Assembly (NCBI RefSeq): GCF_038025025.1
Contig: NW_027117341.1
Span: 248,001-312,000 of the forward strand
Length of the DNA: 64,000 bases
Source of the DNA: Phyllosticta citribraziliensis
Lineage: Eukaryota
Reading direction: 5' to 3'
Under the pieces are notes generated by a model. It worked only from the letters and a program-made list of their open reading frames with translations, was not told the origin of the DNA and ran no database searches. The position numbers and the translations under genes were made by a program. Positions 38,942-52,888 of the stretch are shown here, one piece after another; within the stretch, counting starts at the first letter, position 1; each line of letters begins with the position of its first letter.

Positions 38942-39659
38942 TTAGGAGCCCTTGGGAGCCTCCTTGGCGTCAATGGCGGCCTCCTCGCCCATGGAGGTAA
39001 GGATGACGACGTCTGGATGCTGGGTCAAAACAGGAGCGCTTGAATTCTGGGCTCGAGCGGGACTTACTGGTGTCCTTGCCGTCCTCGACGAAGAGCTTGT
39101 TGATCTTGTCGCCAACCTCGTTCTCGGGGACCTTGACGTCGTCCTTGGTGGCGCCGTCGTCGGACATGAGGGAGAGGAAACCGTCGTCAGTGACGTCGAG
39201 CTGTCGAGTGGTGGTTAGCGTGGGCGGCGCGTTGGCGCGTTGGGCTCCGACTTACCAGCTGGTACTCGGAGCGGCGGACGTTGGGGACGTCCATGTTGTG
39301 GGTCGAGGGGCAAAGTTCCTCGAGCTTCTTGCCGGTGAAGATGTCGATGGCGACCAAGTGGACCTTGGCGTGGCCGTGCTTGCCGGTCTTGGAGGTGGAC
39401 ATTTCGACAATCTTGCAGGGACGGTTCTTGATGACGACGAAGCCGTTCTTCCTCAGGGCAGAGCACTGCATGGGGAAGGTGAGCGAGGCGCCGGCGTCGG
39501 CGCTCTCGAAGGTGTGCTCATGCTGCGAGAGGCATCAGTGGTGAGGTCGTGGTGGTTGGCAGCGGTGCGCCCTCGCGCGACAGCCAGCAGAGCAATCGAT
39601 AAAAGGTGGGGCAGAGCGGGCTGCGTGTTGGGTGGACGTACCTGGGCGTCGTCGGCCAT
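38942..39659 (-). CDS. HYP2: Translation factor eIF5A
   Basis: Hypusine motif [23 protein letters not shown] and [10 protein letters not shown]. Introns 39523-39641, 39201-39255, 39013-39067. Confidence 0.97.
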
Positions 39660-39953
39660 TGTGTCGAAAGAGAGTCGGGGTAATGCGACGGGGTAGAATG
39701 GGGCACCAGAGGCGGGCGGAAAGAGGTGGGTGGTGGATGGAGCGGACGGGTGAGGATGGAGAAAGTTGGGTTGTGCGATTTGCACTCGAGCAGAACGAGG
39801 GGAAAAGACCTGAGACCGCCGGGCGGAATAACACTTTTGCCGGCCGCTCATTGGGCCGAGGGCGACAGCTGGGCTGGAGCTCCGCTGGGGGAGAGCTATG
39901 GGCACGGCATCAACCTCACCTCGACATCTCCATACGACACAAACACCTCCGTG

Positions 39954-42149
39954 ATGTGGCTCGATCGCCTGTCTGCTCACTCCACCCAACCCTCGCCCTC
40001 GCCCTCGTCCACTCCAGTCGCCGCCCGCTCCTTCTCCCCCGCCCCGAACAGACGCCCGTATCTCACTCCCGGCCCGCAGCGCCCCGGCCTAAACCCCCGC
40101 TCCTCGTCGCTATCCCTGCTGTCTCCAAACTCGTCATCCTCCAGCTTGCCCTTGGCCGCACGTGCTCCCACTGCCTCCGGCTTGAGGGTCCAGATCAACA
40201 GCTCGCCGCCCGCCGACGTCCAGGACCCGTCCAAGGTGCTGGAGGACATCCTCCGTGGTCCTCCCAAGCGCGCCCTGCCCGACGATCAACCCGAAATCCT
40301 AGTAGAGAGGCCGGAGGAGGTGGTGGCAGACATTGAATTTGGGGACTTGAGCCTGCAGGCCTTTGCGCAAGGAGAGGTCGGCTATCCCAAGCGCCCGTCT
40401 CATGTACATACTCGTAGCACCGAATCCGTTGAAGAATGTATGTTTCTCTTGCCTAGCGCTGTCTGTGATACTCATGCGTCGTGCAGATGGCAAGGCCAAG
40501 GACAAATTTGAGGACCTCCACCGATCTGTCGCGGTACGTCTAATGCGCCGCCGCTTCGACTCGTGCTAATTGAACAAGGCATGCGATGAGGTCCTCAAGT
40601 CTGTCGAAATGTACTTGCAGGGATTCCAGTCCGACCTAGGGGCCGTGTCGGCAGAGATTCAAATATTACAAGACCGGTCCTCGAGCTTGAACACCAGACT
40701 GGAGAATCGGAAGATTGTGGAGAAAATACTCGGTCCGGCTGTTGAAGACATTAGCATCTCACCAGCCGTGGTGCGGAAAATAGCAGAGGGACCGGTCGAC
40801 GAGGGCTTTTCCAAGGCCTTGCAAGAACTTGAGAAGCGCTCCAAGGCAGTCGAAGCAAAAGCCAAGGGCGGACTCAACGTCAAGGCTTTGGACGATCTCA
40901 AGCCGCTGCTAGAGGACCTGACCAACAAGGTTTGTTGCAATAAATCAATGCGGCACAAGCTGACAGACCCAAGGCCGTCGAACGTATACGCGACTACATT
41001 GTTGCTCAGATCAAAGCACTGAGATCCCCCAGCATCAATGCGCAAATAATACAGCAGCAGGGCTTCCTCAAATATAAAGAGCTCTACGCATTCCTCGCGC
41101 GTCACCAGAAGCAGCTGGCAGAAGAGCTCTGCCGGGCATACATCAACACCATGCGGTGGTACTACCTCCACCACTTCACCCGATACCACGAAGCCCTGCA
41201 GAAAATGAAACTGCACGCCATCGACCAGCACGACGCCATGGGCAACGAGGCGGGCGCCAAGCGCGGCAACAGCAAAATGCCAGCCATGCCGCACGAGACG
41301 TTCTCCATCGGGCGGCGGCTCGACCTGCTCAAGACATCGACGCACAACGCGCTCACGCTGCACGTCCTCGAGGAAGACAAGGCGACGCACTACCTCGAGC
41401 TGCCGTTCCACACCTTCAACCTCGCCCTCATCGACAACGCGTCGTTCGAGTACACGTTCCTGACGTCGTACTTCGCGCCCGCGCAGTCGTACCAGGCCAT
41501 CAACCGCACGTTTGCGCAAATCTTCGAGCCCACCTTCGCCCTCGGGCAGTCGCTGACGCGCAGCCTCATCGACGCCTCACTCGACGCGCTGGGCATCCTG
41601 CTCTGCGTGCGGCTGACGCAGGCCTTCGCCTTCGAGCTGCAGCGCCGCAAGGTGCCCGCCGTCGAGGCCTACACCAACGCCACCAACATGCTGCTGTGGC
41701 CGCGCTTCCAGCAGGTCATGGACGCGCACTGCAAGAGCATCGCGGCGCTCACGTCGTCGCTCCCGGGCCGCCCGGCCGCCGGCTCCTCGCTGCTGGCGTC
41801 GTCCTCCTCCTCCTCTGCGTCCGCCGCCGCCGCCGCCGACGCCCAGAGCACCGCGCCCGTCGCCCTAACACAACGCTTCGCCAACTTCCTGCACGGCGTG
41901 CTGGCGCTCAGCGCCGACGCGGCCGACGACGAGCCGGTATCGCACTCGCTGGTGCGGCTGCGCGCCGAGTACGTCGCGTACCTGGAAAAGCGGGCCAAGG
42001 GCATCGGCGAGGCGCGCAAGCGGACGCGGTTCCTGTTCAACAACGCGAGTCTGGTGGGGACGATTCTGGAGGGGACGGGGGGGCGCATGGCGGAGGAGAT
42101 GCGCGGGTTTTTTGCCGAGGTGAGGGGGCGGTGTGAGGGGGGGTTGTAG
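39954..42149 (+). CDS. VPS52: GARP complex subunit Vps52 (Sac2)
   Basis: MWLDRLS start; FQSDLGAVSAEIQILQDRS, AVERIRDYIVAQIKALRSPSINAQIIQQ, YINTMRWYY, LLWPRFQQVMDAHC, LTQRFANFL. Three short introns between 40438 and 40973. Confidence 0.93.
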
Positions 42150-42358
42150 GGGGTGTGGTGGGGAGGGTAGGGTATGTAGGCTCATTGCATGTATATATTT
42201 AATGGTAGACACGTTTAATGCCACACAACCCCTCTTCCCATTCCCATCCATTCCCATTCTACTTTGGACTCCTTCCATTCCTTAGCCCCCTATCCGTCAC
42301 ACCTTTTCCATCAAACACGCGCCGGCATCACCATCGCAAAATTTGTTCCCAATGACCT

Positions 42359-42383
42359 AAAAAAAAAAAAAAAAAAAAAAAAA
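42359..42383. repeat. Poly(A) tract, 25 nt
   Basis: Directly visible between the convergent VPS52 and SulP 3' ends. Confidence 0.9.
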
Positions 42384-43072
42384 TATTTCAAATCTGCATC
42401 AAATTTCCCATCTCAGATTTAAGAATCAAGAAAAACTCGGTCTTCGTCTCGTTCTCTCTCTGCTTGAGGAATCCACGTCGTCTGAGAGGAGAGAGAGGAG
42501 AGGAGAGAGTTAGACTAACTTTGCAATTCCTCTCTTGTGTGCAAGCAAGTACGTGTAAACATGTACTAACGAACCCCTTACCCCTACGCTCAGTACTACT
42601 ACTAAAAGTGGCGTTTCCGCTTGTGGAGGTAATAATAGTAGGTGGTTATTGTCAGCAGCGTCTTTCCTTCATTTTCATTTGTTTTTTTCATTTTTTCTTG
42701 TTTACGCTCAAATCCACCGTGGAGCGCGTGTGTGAATGATGGTAGGTATGTATGGTTGATTGACTGACTACTGCTAGCGTTGCTGTTGTCGATGTGTTTG
42801 GGATGGAAGTAGGATCGTAGGGTAGGTACCAAGTCAATTGTCCTTCAGGTATGTAGCTTTGTTGATGGTAGGTATAACACGAGTAGTAGTAGTAAGTCGT
42901 AGGTGCGTAATTCCATTCCGTTCGATTCCAATCCACCCCACCCACCCCAATGCCCTCCATATCGTCTGGTCTGATTCGTCAAAGCGCCCGCCCGCTCACT
43001 TACTCCTCCGCCAACAACATTGTTCGCTTCACTACTACTGTACCTAGGTATGTACACGTCTACCTACCTACC

Positions 43073-45950
43073 CTACACAATCTCCCGCCCACTCGCCGTC
43101 ACCGCCACCGCGCCCGTCGTCGAACTCCTCGACAAACCCGGGCCCACCGGACTGCGCATCCCACTCGCAGCCGGCACCGGCGTCGCCGCCCCCGTCGTCG
43201 TGCCCTCGCGCTCCGTCAGCCGAATCGCCTCGCCCACGCTCTCGACGAAGTGGCTCTCGCCGCCCACCGTCTCGACGATGCCGCTGTCGACGAAGAGTCG
43301 CCATACGTCGTCGCCGGCGGCCGATTTCTTCTTCTTGCTGCTACTGCCCATCACGCTCGCTATGCTGGCTGAGCTCACTGCGTTTGTTGTTGAGCTCACT
43401 GCGTTCGCTGCGCCGCTCGCGCCGCGCCGCACGCGGCAGAAGAAGACGCGCACGCCGCGCTCGACGTAGCCGGCGACGATCTCGGCGAGCACCTGCGCGC
43501 CGGCGCCGTCGAGCGACGTGACGCCATGGACATCAAAGATGATGTTCGCATTATGCGCGTCGTCGCGGACGCGAGGCAGGGCGGGGTGAGCGGCGCCGGT
43601 GCCATGGTACTCGAGGCGCTTGAGGCGGTTGCGCAAGTCGCCCGTGTTGGCGAAGGTGAGGGGCTCGGGGATCTTGACGATGAGGGCGCCCTCGATGAAC
43701 TCGAGGGCCTGCGGCTCGGGCGCCGCGGCCGGGTGGTCCGGGTCGCCGTTGACGAAGCCCAGCTCGGCGTTTTCGAAGCGGTCCGTCGTGCCGGGGACGC
43801 GGCCGAGGATTTGGATGCGCGGGCGCGTCGAGTGCCGGATGACGCGCAGCAGGGACAGCCCGATGCCCACGGCGATGCCCTTTTTGAGGTCCCAGAAGAT
43901 GGTGACTAGGAAGATGACGAGCATGAGGGAGAGCTCGGAGAGACCGCGGATGCGCAGGAAGAAGCGGATGTCATGCGGGGCTTCTTCGACGAGCGAGCAT
44001 GCGACGACGGAGACCATGGCCGAGAGCACGCCTTTGGGGAGGTAGTAGAAGTAGGGCAGGAGGAACAGTACGCAAATGAGGGTGATGAGGGAAAGCAGTA
44101 TCGAGCTCATGGGCGTCTTGCCGCCCGTCGAGGCGTTGACTTTGCTGCGTCCGTAGCCGCCAAACGCGGGCAACGCCATGAAGAGACCGCCTGTGACGTT
44201 GGCAATGCCGAGCGCAACGAGCTCGCGATTGGCGCTGACGTGCACGTTTTCAATGCCATCCTTGGGCGTAGGCAGGCTTTTTGCAGCGACCGAAGACTCG
44301 AAAAAGCCCAGGAGTGCAATGGTAAAGGCCGTGCTAAACGCATCCGAGGCGTACTTGAGGTGTGAAAGTCGAAACGGGAGATGAACGCGGAAGAGGGCGC
44401 CGCCGCTGGTGTTGACGTTGCCCAGGATGGCGAGGCCCTTTTGGTCCAGACGGAGCTGCCAGGTGATTATGGCCGAGAGGACGACGACGATGAAGCGGTC
44501 GGGAATATATACGATCCACGAATAGCGGTGCTGCAGACGCTTCTTCATTTCCCTGTCCCGGGGGTTAGCTAGGCCAATGCAGCGACGTGACGACGTACCT
44601 GCAAAACATGATGATGAAAAAGGCGCTAAACGACACGGCGCACGTCAACTTGTGCGCCTTGCCCAAATGCTCAATGATGAAGATGAGCTTGTCAATGGTG
44701 CTCCCGTGCTCGACGCCGCCGGGGCCCTCGGCGAGGCGCGCAATGCCCAACTCGGGAATCAGCTGGTCTACGAAAATGACGACGCCAATGGCGCTGATGA
44801 AGCCCCGCAAAAAGGGCCTGCTCAGGACGTTGTCGAGAAACCCAAGTCTAAACAGACCGCTGAGGAGGATGACGGCGCCCGCGATGAACGTCGTGATGCC
44901 AGCAATCTCGGCATTGCGCTGGTCTGCGTGGTCGCCCGTGTGTCCATTTCGAATATTCTCTCGAACGACTTCTCCCGTGAGGAGGGATCCGGGGGCTTCG
45001 GGGCCTACGACCATGAGGGGGGCGGTGCCAAAAATGGCGTAGATGAAGGGGTTAAAGACGAAGCTGTACAGGCCATTTACAGGAGGGAGGTGACCCAGGT
45101 TGGAGGCGTAGGATAGGGACATGGGAATGTAAAACGAAGCCATGGTCAAGGCCGAAACAAAGTCTCCGCGAAGGTATCGCCATTTGTACTGCCGCAGCCA
45201 ATTGAAAATGGGTATATAATAAGCCAGGTACCTGCGTTTGGTCAGCGGTCTGGTCTGGCATCTTTGACAATCCGAGAGAAAAGAGTAGCATGAAGGCGCG
45301 TACATGGACCGTCTGTTTTGTATGCCATGGCGCTCCGCCAGCCAGGCCGTCGTCGTCGGCCGCTTCAGCGGTCCCCCACCAAGCAGCCCGTCCGTCACCG
45401 AGTCCCCCAGCACGTCGCCGACGCCGCCAGAGTTACCGCCGCCTGGCGGGCCATCGCTGGCGCCAGGATATGGTCCCCCAACGAAGCCGGAAAAGGTCGA
45501 GCCAAAGCTGCCGTAGCTCCTCTTGACGGGCGGCCTGGCAAAGGCGTTTTCTCTGCCGTCGGCGCCGTAGCCGGGCGACTTGTCGTCGCGGTTCTGGCTC
45601 GCGAGCAGGCGGGTGCGGGCAGAGGGCTCGTCGGTCGAGTCGTCAGCTGGCGGCGGGTCGGCGCGCGCCGAGGAGCGAATCGAGGTGGCCGAGGCGTGGT
45701 CGGGCATGGTGGGACGGATGCCGGTGTCCTCGACGCGCGGTTCGTGTGCTCCCGAGGGCTCGCGGGTGTGGGAGGACGCGGGACTCATGAGGTCCTCGGG
45801 CGAAGGCGAAGAGGCAGAGTGGGCCTCGCGCAGGCGAGTTGGGTTTGACGGGGCATGTTGGTGTGCGGCGGCGCTGCGTGACGTCGAGGCGGTGCGGGAA
45901 TGGATCGACGCGGGCCGTGACGACGAATTGGACGAGGGCGGCGATGGCAT
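43073..45950 (-). CDS. SulP/SLC26 anion transporter with STAS domain (yeast YPR003C-like)
   Basis: GDFVSALT, YIPMSLSYA, VGPEA, LSRPFLRGFISA, NRELVALG, FGGYGRSKVN, PLTFAN, IIFDVHGVTSLD. Introns 45232-45303 and 44553-44598. Confidence 0.92.
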
Positions 45951-46633
45951 GCTGCGGCGGGCCCTGGACGGGCTGACCGGCAGAGATTTTTTTTTTTGCT
46001 TCTCTGTTGGAACTTGTCGTGGATGGGCGGTCAGAGGCGTCGCAAACGAGGGTCACAGGATGACAGGCGCCGTGCGTGGGTGGTGTAGTTTGTAGTAGGG
46101 CGGGCACTATCTTTTAACTCGGCCGGCATTCCCTCCTGCGCTGCCGGGCCCAGCAAGGCACCCGGGGCGAAGACTAGCCATCCCCGTCTTGAAGCCATCG
46201 CCAGTGTTTTGGTCGTCGAAGCCAATGGTGGGGAAGACATATTATTGTTCGGGTCTGGCCTCAAGTCTTGCTGCACCAACCACTCGGAGACGTCGCGTTG
46301 CAAATCATCGACGCTGCGTTACCGACCACTTTTTTCAACAAGACAATAGTCTGGCCGCTACTGCTCGAGTCGTGCCACGGCTTACTGTCCATTGTGCGGT
46401 GAGCTGGTCCCCATCTCATGGCCGACTTTTGCCGACTTGTGCTGCCCCCGTCGGCCTGCCGGTCAATCATGTCTCGCTGCCAAAAAGCCAAAGGTTCGGC
46501 CAGCGCCTTGTTTCATCCGGTCAACACCAGCTTTGATTTGATTCCTGATCCCTGTATAACTCTACGTGACGCCAAACGCCGCCCTGACTTTTTTGCCCTA
46601 CGCCAACACGTCCGGGATATCTGCAACCTCGCT

Positions 46634-47846
46634 TCACGCCTCCGCCTTTGCTGCTGCCTTTTGCTTCTTGAGCGCCTCTTTGCGCAGCGCAATCTCCTTG
46701 GTCAAGTCTGCCTTTTCCTTTTTGGCCTTTTTGGCGGGCTTCTCTGCCGGCGCTGACTCCTTGGCGTCGTCGTCCGTCTTTCTCTTCTTGCTGTCCTCGC
46801 TGCTGCCCTTGATTTTCAGCCTCTCCGACCTGTCGACTCCCTTTGGCTTCTCCTCCAGCACGTCCGCCTCGTCAATCCAGAGCTCCTCGGCCAGCCAGAT
46901 TGGCAACGCGGTTGTGTCGGGGCCCTTGATGTGGATGGAACGAATGTTTTTCCAGCCCTTGGGCACCAGCTTCTCCTGAGTTGTGAGGGCAGCGACAACG
47001 GCCTCGAGGTTTTCGGTGATTTGGGCGGGCTCCCAGCTTGCGTGGCCAACGCGGATGGCGGTGGTTGCGGCAGGGCTGAGGTAGACTAGTGCGGAATCAA
47101 GCGCCTTGTTGATATCCTTTGCGACGGCATCGGCAGAGCCGACAATGGCAGAGCTCTTGTCGTCCTTGGACTTTTTGGCCTTCTTACCCTCGGCGTCCTT
47201 TTGGACCTTTTCGTTGCCCATCAGGTGGACGGGAACGGGCCTCTTTGCCGTGGACTTGTAAAAGACCTTGCCCAAAAGCTTGGGCAGCAGCGTGACGATG
47301 CGGTCGTCTGCCAGGAAACCGTCGTACTCGGCAAACAACTGCCTGCGCGCCTCAAACGTCTTGTACTTGGTCTTGAGCTTGGAGACGCCAACGACACGGC
47401 CGATGCGGTCGCGGAGTTCGGCGGGGAACGCGTCTTCTGCGATCAGGTCCTTGTAGGCGCGCTGGGGATCGGCGGTGCTGGGAGAGAGTCAGCTTTGATT
47501 GCAATGCGTAGGAGGGATCTTCTCACATGAGGCATAGTCTTTGCGCAGGTTGGGCTAGGCTGTGCGGCAGGGCAATCCTGTGGGGCTTGAAGCGCTTCTT
47601 GTCGGTGATGTGCTTCTTGGTGGTCACGATGAGCCAGACGGGAGTCTGGTCCTCGGACGAAGGTTCGTCGTCAGACTCGGCATCGTCCAAAAGGCTCTTC
47701 TTGGGGGCCTCGATGGCCTTGGACTTTTGCGCGGACTGGATGTGGGCGGTCAGGGCCTTGGCGGCGCGCAGAGCCTGGGAATGGTCGACGCGGTAGGGCG
47801 AGCCGGACTGAGGGATGGTAGTCACGGCGGAGGATTTGGGCGCCAT
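46634..47846 (-). CDS. CIC1: Ribosomal L1 domain protein (Cic1/Utp30/RSL1D1)
   Basis: PHRIALPHSL, LCLITADPQR (across intron 47478-47526), FLADDRIVTLLPKLLGKVFY, WKNIRSIHIKGP...ALPIW; Lys-rich tail. Confidence 0.88.
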
Positions 47847-48252
47847 GATTTCTGAGAGGGTTGCAGAGTCGTGGTGGTCGAGGTCAAATTGAAATTCATG
47901 GAGAAATTCTGGCCGCAGCGGGTCCGTGCACAATCCGCGTCGACGGAAGACGGCTCACCGCCCTGGAGACCGCCCGGCGGGAGAAGTCGAGGCCATTGGC
48001 CAACGCGAGCGCGTCAAGACGGGTTGATGACGGCACTTGGCAGACAGGAATGACATGGATGTGGTGGAGCAGAGAGAGCAGAGGCTGGGATGATTCAGTC
48101 CGAGGTGCCCATCAAACAATGGCCATGAGACGCAGGCAGTCGTCATTCTGGAACAATTCGCACAAGCCAGGGCCGGGCGGGAAACACCAAACGTGAAGCT
48201 GAAAACAGACCAACGCAACGCAAGCGAGGCGAGAGGAGGCAGCCTCGTAAAG

Positions 48253-48889
48253 ACGCGTGAGAGTGAACTGGGCGTGGCGGCGGTACCCTACCCACGGCTA
48301 GCAGAGGCCGGATCAGGCCCCGAATGCAATCATGGTTGCAGCCCTCAATTCAAGACGCGCCCCCCGGTATCCCGTATGTATGTATGTATGTATGTACATG
48401 TAGCCTGCACGAGGTGATAATCTTGAGTGACGCCGAATTCTTTTCTTGCTGTTCTTTTCCCTTCGTTTCCGCCCTGCCCTGCCCTGCCTGCCTGCCTGCC
48501 CGGCGTCGCCCTCTCTCTGCTGCCCGCCCTGGCCTGGCTCCGCTCCGCTCCCCTCCCCTCTGGCTGCCGTGGCCGAGGATCCAAAATCCAAAATCCAAAA
48601 TCCAAAAGTCTGAGCGCCCTCCCACTCCCACTCCACTCCCAACCCAACCATCCCCGTCCACACCACCGAGGCGCGTCCGCGTCAGGCTCCTTCAAATTCA
48701 TTCCCGGCCACCGACACTCCTCTTTTCTTCTCTCTCTCTCTCTCTCTCGCTCTCTCCCTCCCTCTCTCTCTCCCCTCTCCGCCCTGTCCGTCATGGCCGC
48801 ATCCTCCTAATCCCCTCCCCCGACTGCTAGTGTCGCCCCGTGTGCCACTCCCGCGGTCCCTCTAGTCGCGTGCGGCTCCTCCCACGCGT
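48253..48889. promoter_or_regulatory. MCB elements (ACGCGT) upstream of TOS4
   Basis: Exact ACGCGT at 48253 and 48884 plus several CGCG cores; TOS4 is an MBF/SBF target in yeasts. Confidence 0.5.
48579..48606. repeat. (ATCCAAA) x4
   Basis: Directly visible upstream of TOS4. Confidence 0.85.
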
Positions 48890-48955
48890 TGCACCTCGAC
48901 CTCGTCTTCTCTTCTAGCACACGCTTCCACCGCGTTTCCAACGACGCTCAGCACC

Positions 48956-50594
48956 ATGAGCCGGTCGCCCGTGAGGCAGAACGGCCTCTCGGCTGACGCC
49001 GCCTCCTCATCGCGACCGCCCCCGGACTCGACCAAGCCTTCACTGCTGCCGCCCTTTGAGCCTCTGTCGTCCTCGCCCATAGCACGCCCGCCAAAACGCA
49101 AATATGACGACGGCTCCTTTCTCCCCAAGGCCGACCTCAAGTACTACCCCACCCCCATGCCCACCTCGTCCACCGGCATCCTGCCCTCCTCGCCGACGCG
49201 TCAAGACCGCTCCGCCCTCCATCGGACCATGTCCAGCTTCTCCGAACGCAACCCCCTGTGTGACGTCCCGTCCATCCAGGTCCCGCCCAGCGGCGAGCCT
49301 CTGCTCATGGGCCGCTCGAGCAATTCCTCCCACCACCAGCTGTCGGCAAACCGTCTCATCTCACGCGTCCACATTCGGGCCGTATATCACCCTCCAAACG
49401 CGAACCACGCGTCGGGTCAGATTGTCATCGAGTGCATGGGCTGGAATGGCGCAAAGGTGCACTGCCGGGGCCGCGTCTACGAATTGACCAAGGGAGACAC
49501 GTTTGCTTCGGACATGCCCTCGAAAGAAATCATGTTGGACGTCCTGGATAGCCGCGTCTTTCTCGCCTGGCCAGTCAAGATTGAGAGGAGAGCAAGCGTG
49601 TCGGCAGAGTCAGACACGACTTGGAATGAAGAAAGCCCCTCCAAGAAAAGGGCCTCGCGTGCTGCCTCTGCTTCGGTCTTTCCGTCGAGCCCTCCCGCCT
49701 TTGCTCCCCGGTCACCCGCCTCCCTCCCTGTCGAAGCAGCCCCCACGGCCGAAGAAACCTTTTTAGCCTCGGATCCTGCCGACCTCCAACACCCCACTGC
49801 AGTCCACGTCTTTGAGGATGGTGAATCTGGTGACGAGCGTGCCAAGGAGTCTTTGGCTCTCTCTCAAAATTCGCGCGCTGGTCCATCCTCCCAGGAAAGC
49901 GCCAAGGATAACGGCGGCCACGAATCCCAGGACTCTGATTTTTCCGACCACGACGAGGAGAACGATCCCATTGTCCACTCGTTTGGTCCATATGGTGAAA
50001 ACATTCTTTCCAGAATCGAGGGCTTGTCTCACAGCAACACCAACTCGCGCAGGCGTCGCCGTCCACTTGGCCAGTCCGGTCCGGGTTCTCCCGTACCTCA
50101 ACAGGGTGCACCAGAGAAGAAGCACGTCAACGAGTCTCCAATCAAGAATCACGTCATCAACCAGCTGGCCTTTTCCCGGCTCCACTCGATGCCTCTGTCG
50201 ACCATTCTTAACAACCTCCCATCCGAGCTGCGTGGCCCGGCCGACGAGAGCAGGCCTCGTCGTTCTGCAAAGGACGCCCTGCAGGAAGAGCAAAATGCCG
50301 AGGTCGCCGCCAGACTCACCGGCGACGACCTCCAAAATATCCTCGACAATGTTCCGTGCATCGGGGAAATCAACCGCGTTGGCAAGGACGCCTCTGGCAA
50401 GGCCCTGGAAAACGAGTACTACTACATGCCGGAGATGGACGACAACAACTTGAGACGCGACGCAGTCGTAGGAGGCATTGGCGGCACTGGACTCCGTTCA
50501 GTCAGAAAGGCTCACAAGGTAGGTACTCACAGATGTTGGCAGTTCTCTTGCTGACAGTCTTTAGCAATACTACTGGAAGCGCCCGAGAAACTAA
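48956..50594 (+). CDS. TOS4: FHA-domain transcription regulator Tos4/Plm2
   Basis: YPTPMPTSSTG, FHA core GRSS...ISRVH...GWNG, NQLAFSRL, GKDASGKALENEYYY; final exon QYYWKRP after intron 50519-50564. Confidence 0.9.
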
Positions 50595-51254
50595 GCCTCG
50601 CAAAAAACGTCGGTTGCATTCGTCGGCATTCCACGTTTCGAGTCTGGATCAGCCCCAAGTCACGCTCGCCTCGTCTCATGTTCGGCCTGCTGTCCTCGTC
50701 TCTTGTCACACCAGGCCGGCACATTCACGGCCGAGACCAAGTCGCGTCCAACACGACGACATTCCTCTTCGTTCTTCGCCAAGGAAGGCATTCGTGTTTT
50801 GCACGCCAACCCGCCATGAACGGACGCGTCGACGGCACGGCTGTCTCCTGGCTGGGTCCATCCCTGCCCTGCCCTGCCCTCTCCCCACCACAACCCCAAC
50901 CCTCTACACAAGCACCGAATTGTATCATCACCACCACCTGTCCGCTGTCGTGCTTTTCCTTTCCTTTCTTTTCTTCCCTCCCCCCAAAAAGAGACCCCCA
51001 GAGTTCATGTCGTTTGCGCTTTCTCTCTCGTGCACGAACAGCTTTATTCCCCCGTCCCTTTTTTTTTGTTTTTTTTTTTCTCTTTTCCCCCTTTTGCTGT
51101 GTTTGTTTCTCTTTTGCCGTTGCTCCTGTCTTCTTTTGAAGCAGGAGCTCTCACAAGATCAACCATTGGATGCATACGTCGACGCACGCACGCTTGGATG
51201 GACGAGTTCTCGTCGTACTTGTCGCGCTACCTGTCGTCGTACGTCGTTGGATTG

Positions 51255-51294
51255 GATGGAATGAGATGGAATGAGATGGAATGAGATGGAATGA
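51255..51294. repeat. 10-bp tandem repeat (GATGGAATGA) x4
   Basis: Directly visible. Confidence 0.85.
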
Positions 51295-52888
51295 TGGACC
51301 GCAATGGGGCTGTTGGATATGACGAACCGAATGGATCAATGTCTGGATGGATGGATAGAGCGGAGGTTTTGTGGACCTCAGCTGTCTTCTCACCGAAGAG
51401 AGCGAGTGAGTCAGACTAGAAGCAGGTGGTGGCGGTGGTCGTCGTGGTCGTGGGAAGCGGTAGGTAGGTACTGTAGCATTGCTCGCTTGCTCGCCCGCCT
51501 TTTCCTTCCCTGGTGGCGGCGGCGGTGGCTAAGCCAAGGTACCCCCTACTAGTTGGCCGTTTTGGCCCGTCGTTGCCGTTATGTCGTCGTCGTCGTCGTT
51601 GTTGTTTTTTGCCGTTGGAATTTTTTTTTTTTTTTATCTTTCTTCTTCCTCGTTCTTGTCGTTGATGTTGGTGGTGGACGAAGAGTTGGAGAGTTGGAGA
51701 GATGGGGAGACGCAGATGCAGGTGGATGGATGGATGGGGTGTAAGAGAGGATGAAGACGGAGAACGAGGAGCAAGGTGGACAGAAGTCATGCATGATGTA
51801 CGCTACGCTACACTACTACGCACGCACGCACGCACGCTCTCGGCGTGCACGAATCCAATTGGCCTGCAAATGAGCCTGGACTGGACTGAGAAATGAAGCG
51901 AAGAGGTTTGATCCGACATCAGACACTTCTCTTTCTGAAATGTCGTTGTCTACGACCGGCCCATGCTGTCTGTCATGAGGTGCGTTCCGTCTGATGCTTT
52001 CGACGGCATCCCGGGGTGCGGCGTACGCTCACTGCCGTATGCTGTATACTAGCCTGGGCTGGCACTTCCTTCTCACCTGCCATGATGCCATGCCATACCG
52101 CGCCATACCGCGCCACGGGCGTCGTGTCGTGTCGTGTCGTGTCGTGTCAATGGCAGGTAGACAGCCGCATGCATTGGCGAATCGTCCGGGACAGGTTGTA
52201 TCGTGACATCGATCTAGCGCACTTCAGTCATGGCAAGAAGAGTAGATGAGGCTGTGAACATTGTAAACGCTACAATGCTACAAGCTACTGATGCGCAGAA
52301 AGACAAGACCTGGAACGAGTAGACAGATAGACAGATGCATAATGCACGCCACAAGGCGGCTGAGGTGCTACGACAGGCAGTGCAGTGCTCGTGCTCGATG
52401 GGTATACAGCTATGCTAGACCAGACCAAACAGGCTCAACAGGCTAAAGCAACAAAGAAAGCGGCCGCGCGAGCAATCTATGAAGGATAAAAGAGAAAGAG
52501 AGAAAGGAAAGGGGGGATGGTGAGATGAGAGATGAGAGGTGAAAAGAGATGGGATGAGACATGATGAGTGAGTGCAGTGCAGTACGAAAGAAAGAAACTT
52601 GCGCTCCGACGGTCTGAAATAACTAACCGATGCGATGCGATGCAAAGTGGGAAGTAGATGAGGAAGGAAATGCTAAGACATGCTGAGAGATGCCGAGAGA
52701 TGCAAGACGACAAAGGGGTATCTCATGCTCCAAACAAGCAGACCAGACCAGACCAGACGAATCGACCCAAGCGCAAGATCGCAGAATGCTGCGTGTGCAA
52801 GAGGAAAGCATTCAAGCTCAAGCGCAACCCCCGGACAAGACAACACGCTTGTCTCAACAGCTCGAAGCTGGAAAAGTCGTAGTTTGCT

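Noticed and set aside
42359..42383. Poly(A) tracts (also ~62794-62810) as retro-insertion tails
   Set aside because: No flanking duplication or upstream element; they lie in convergent 3' regions.
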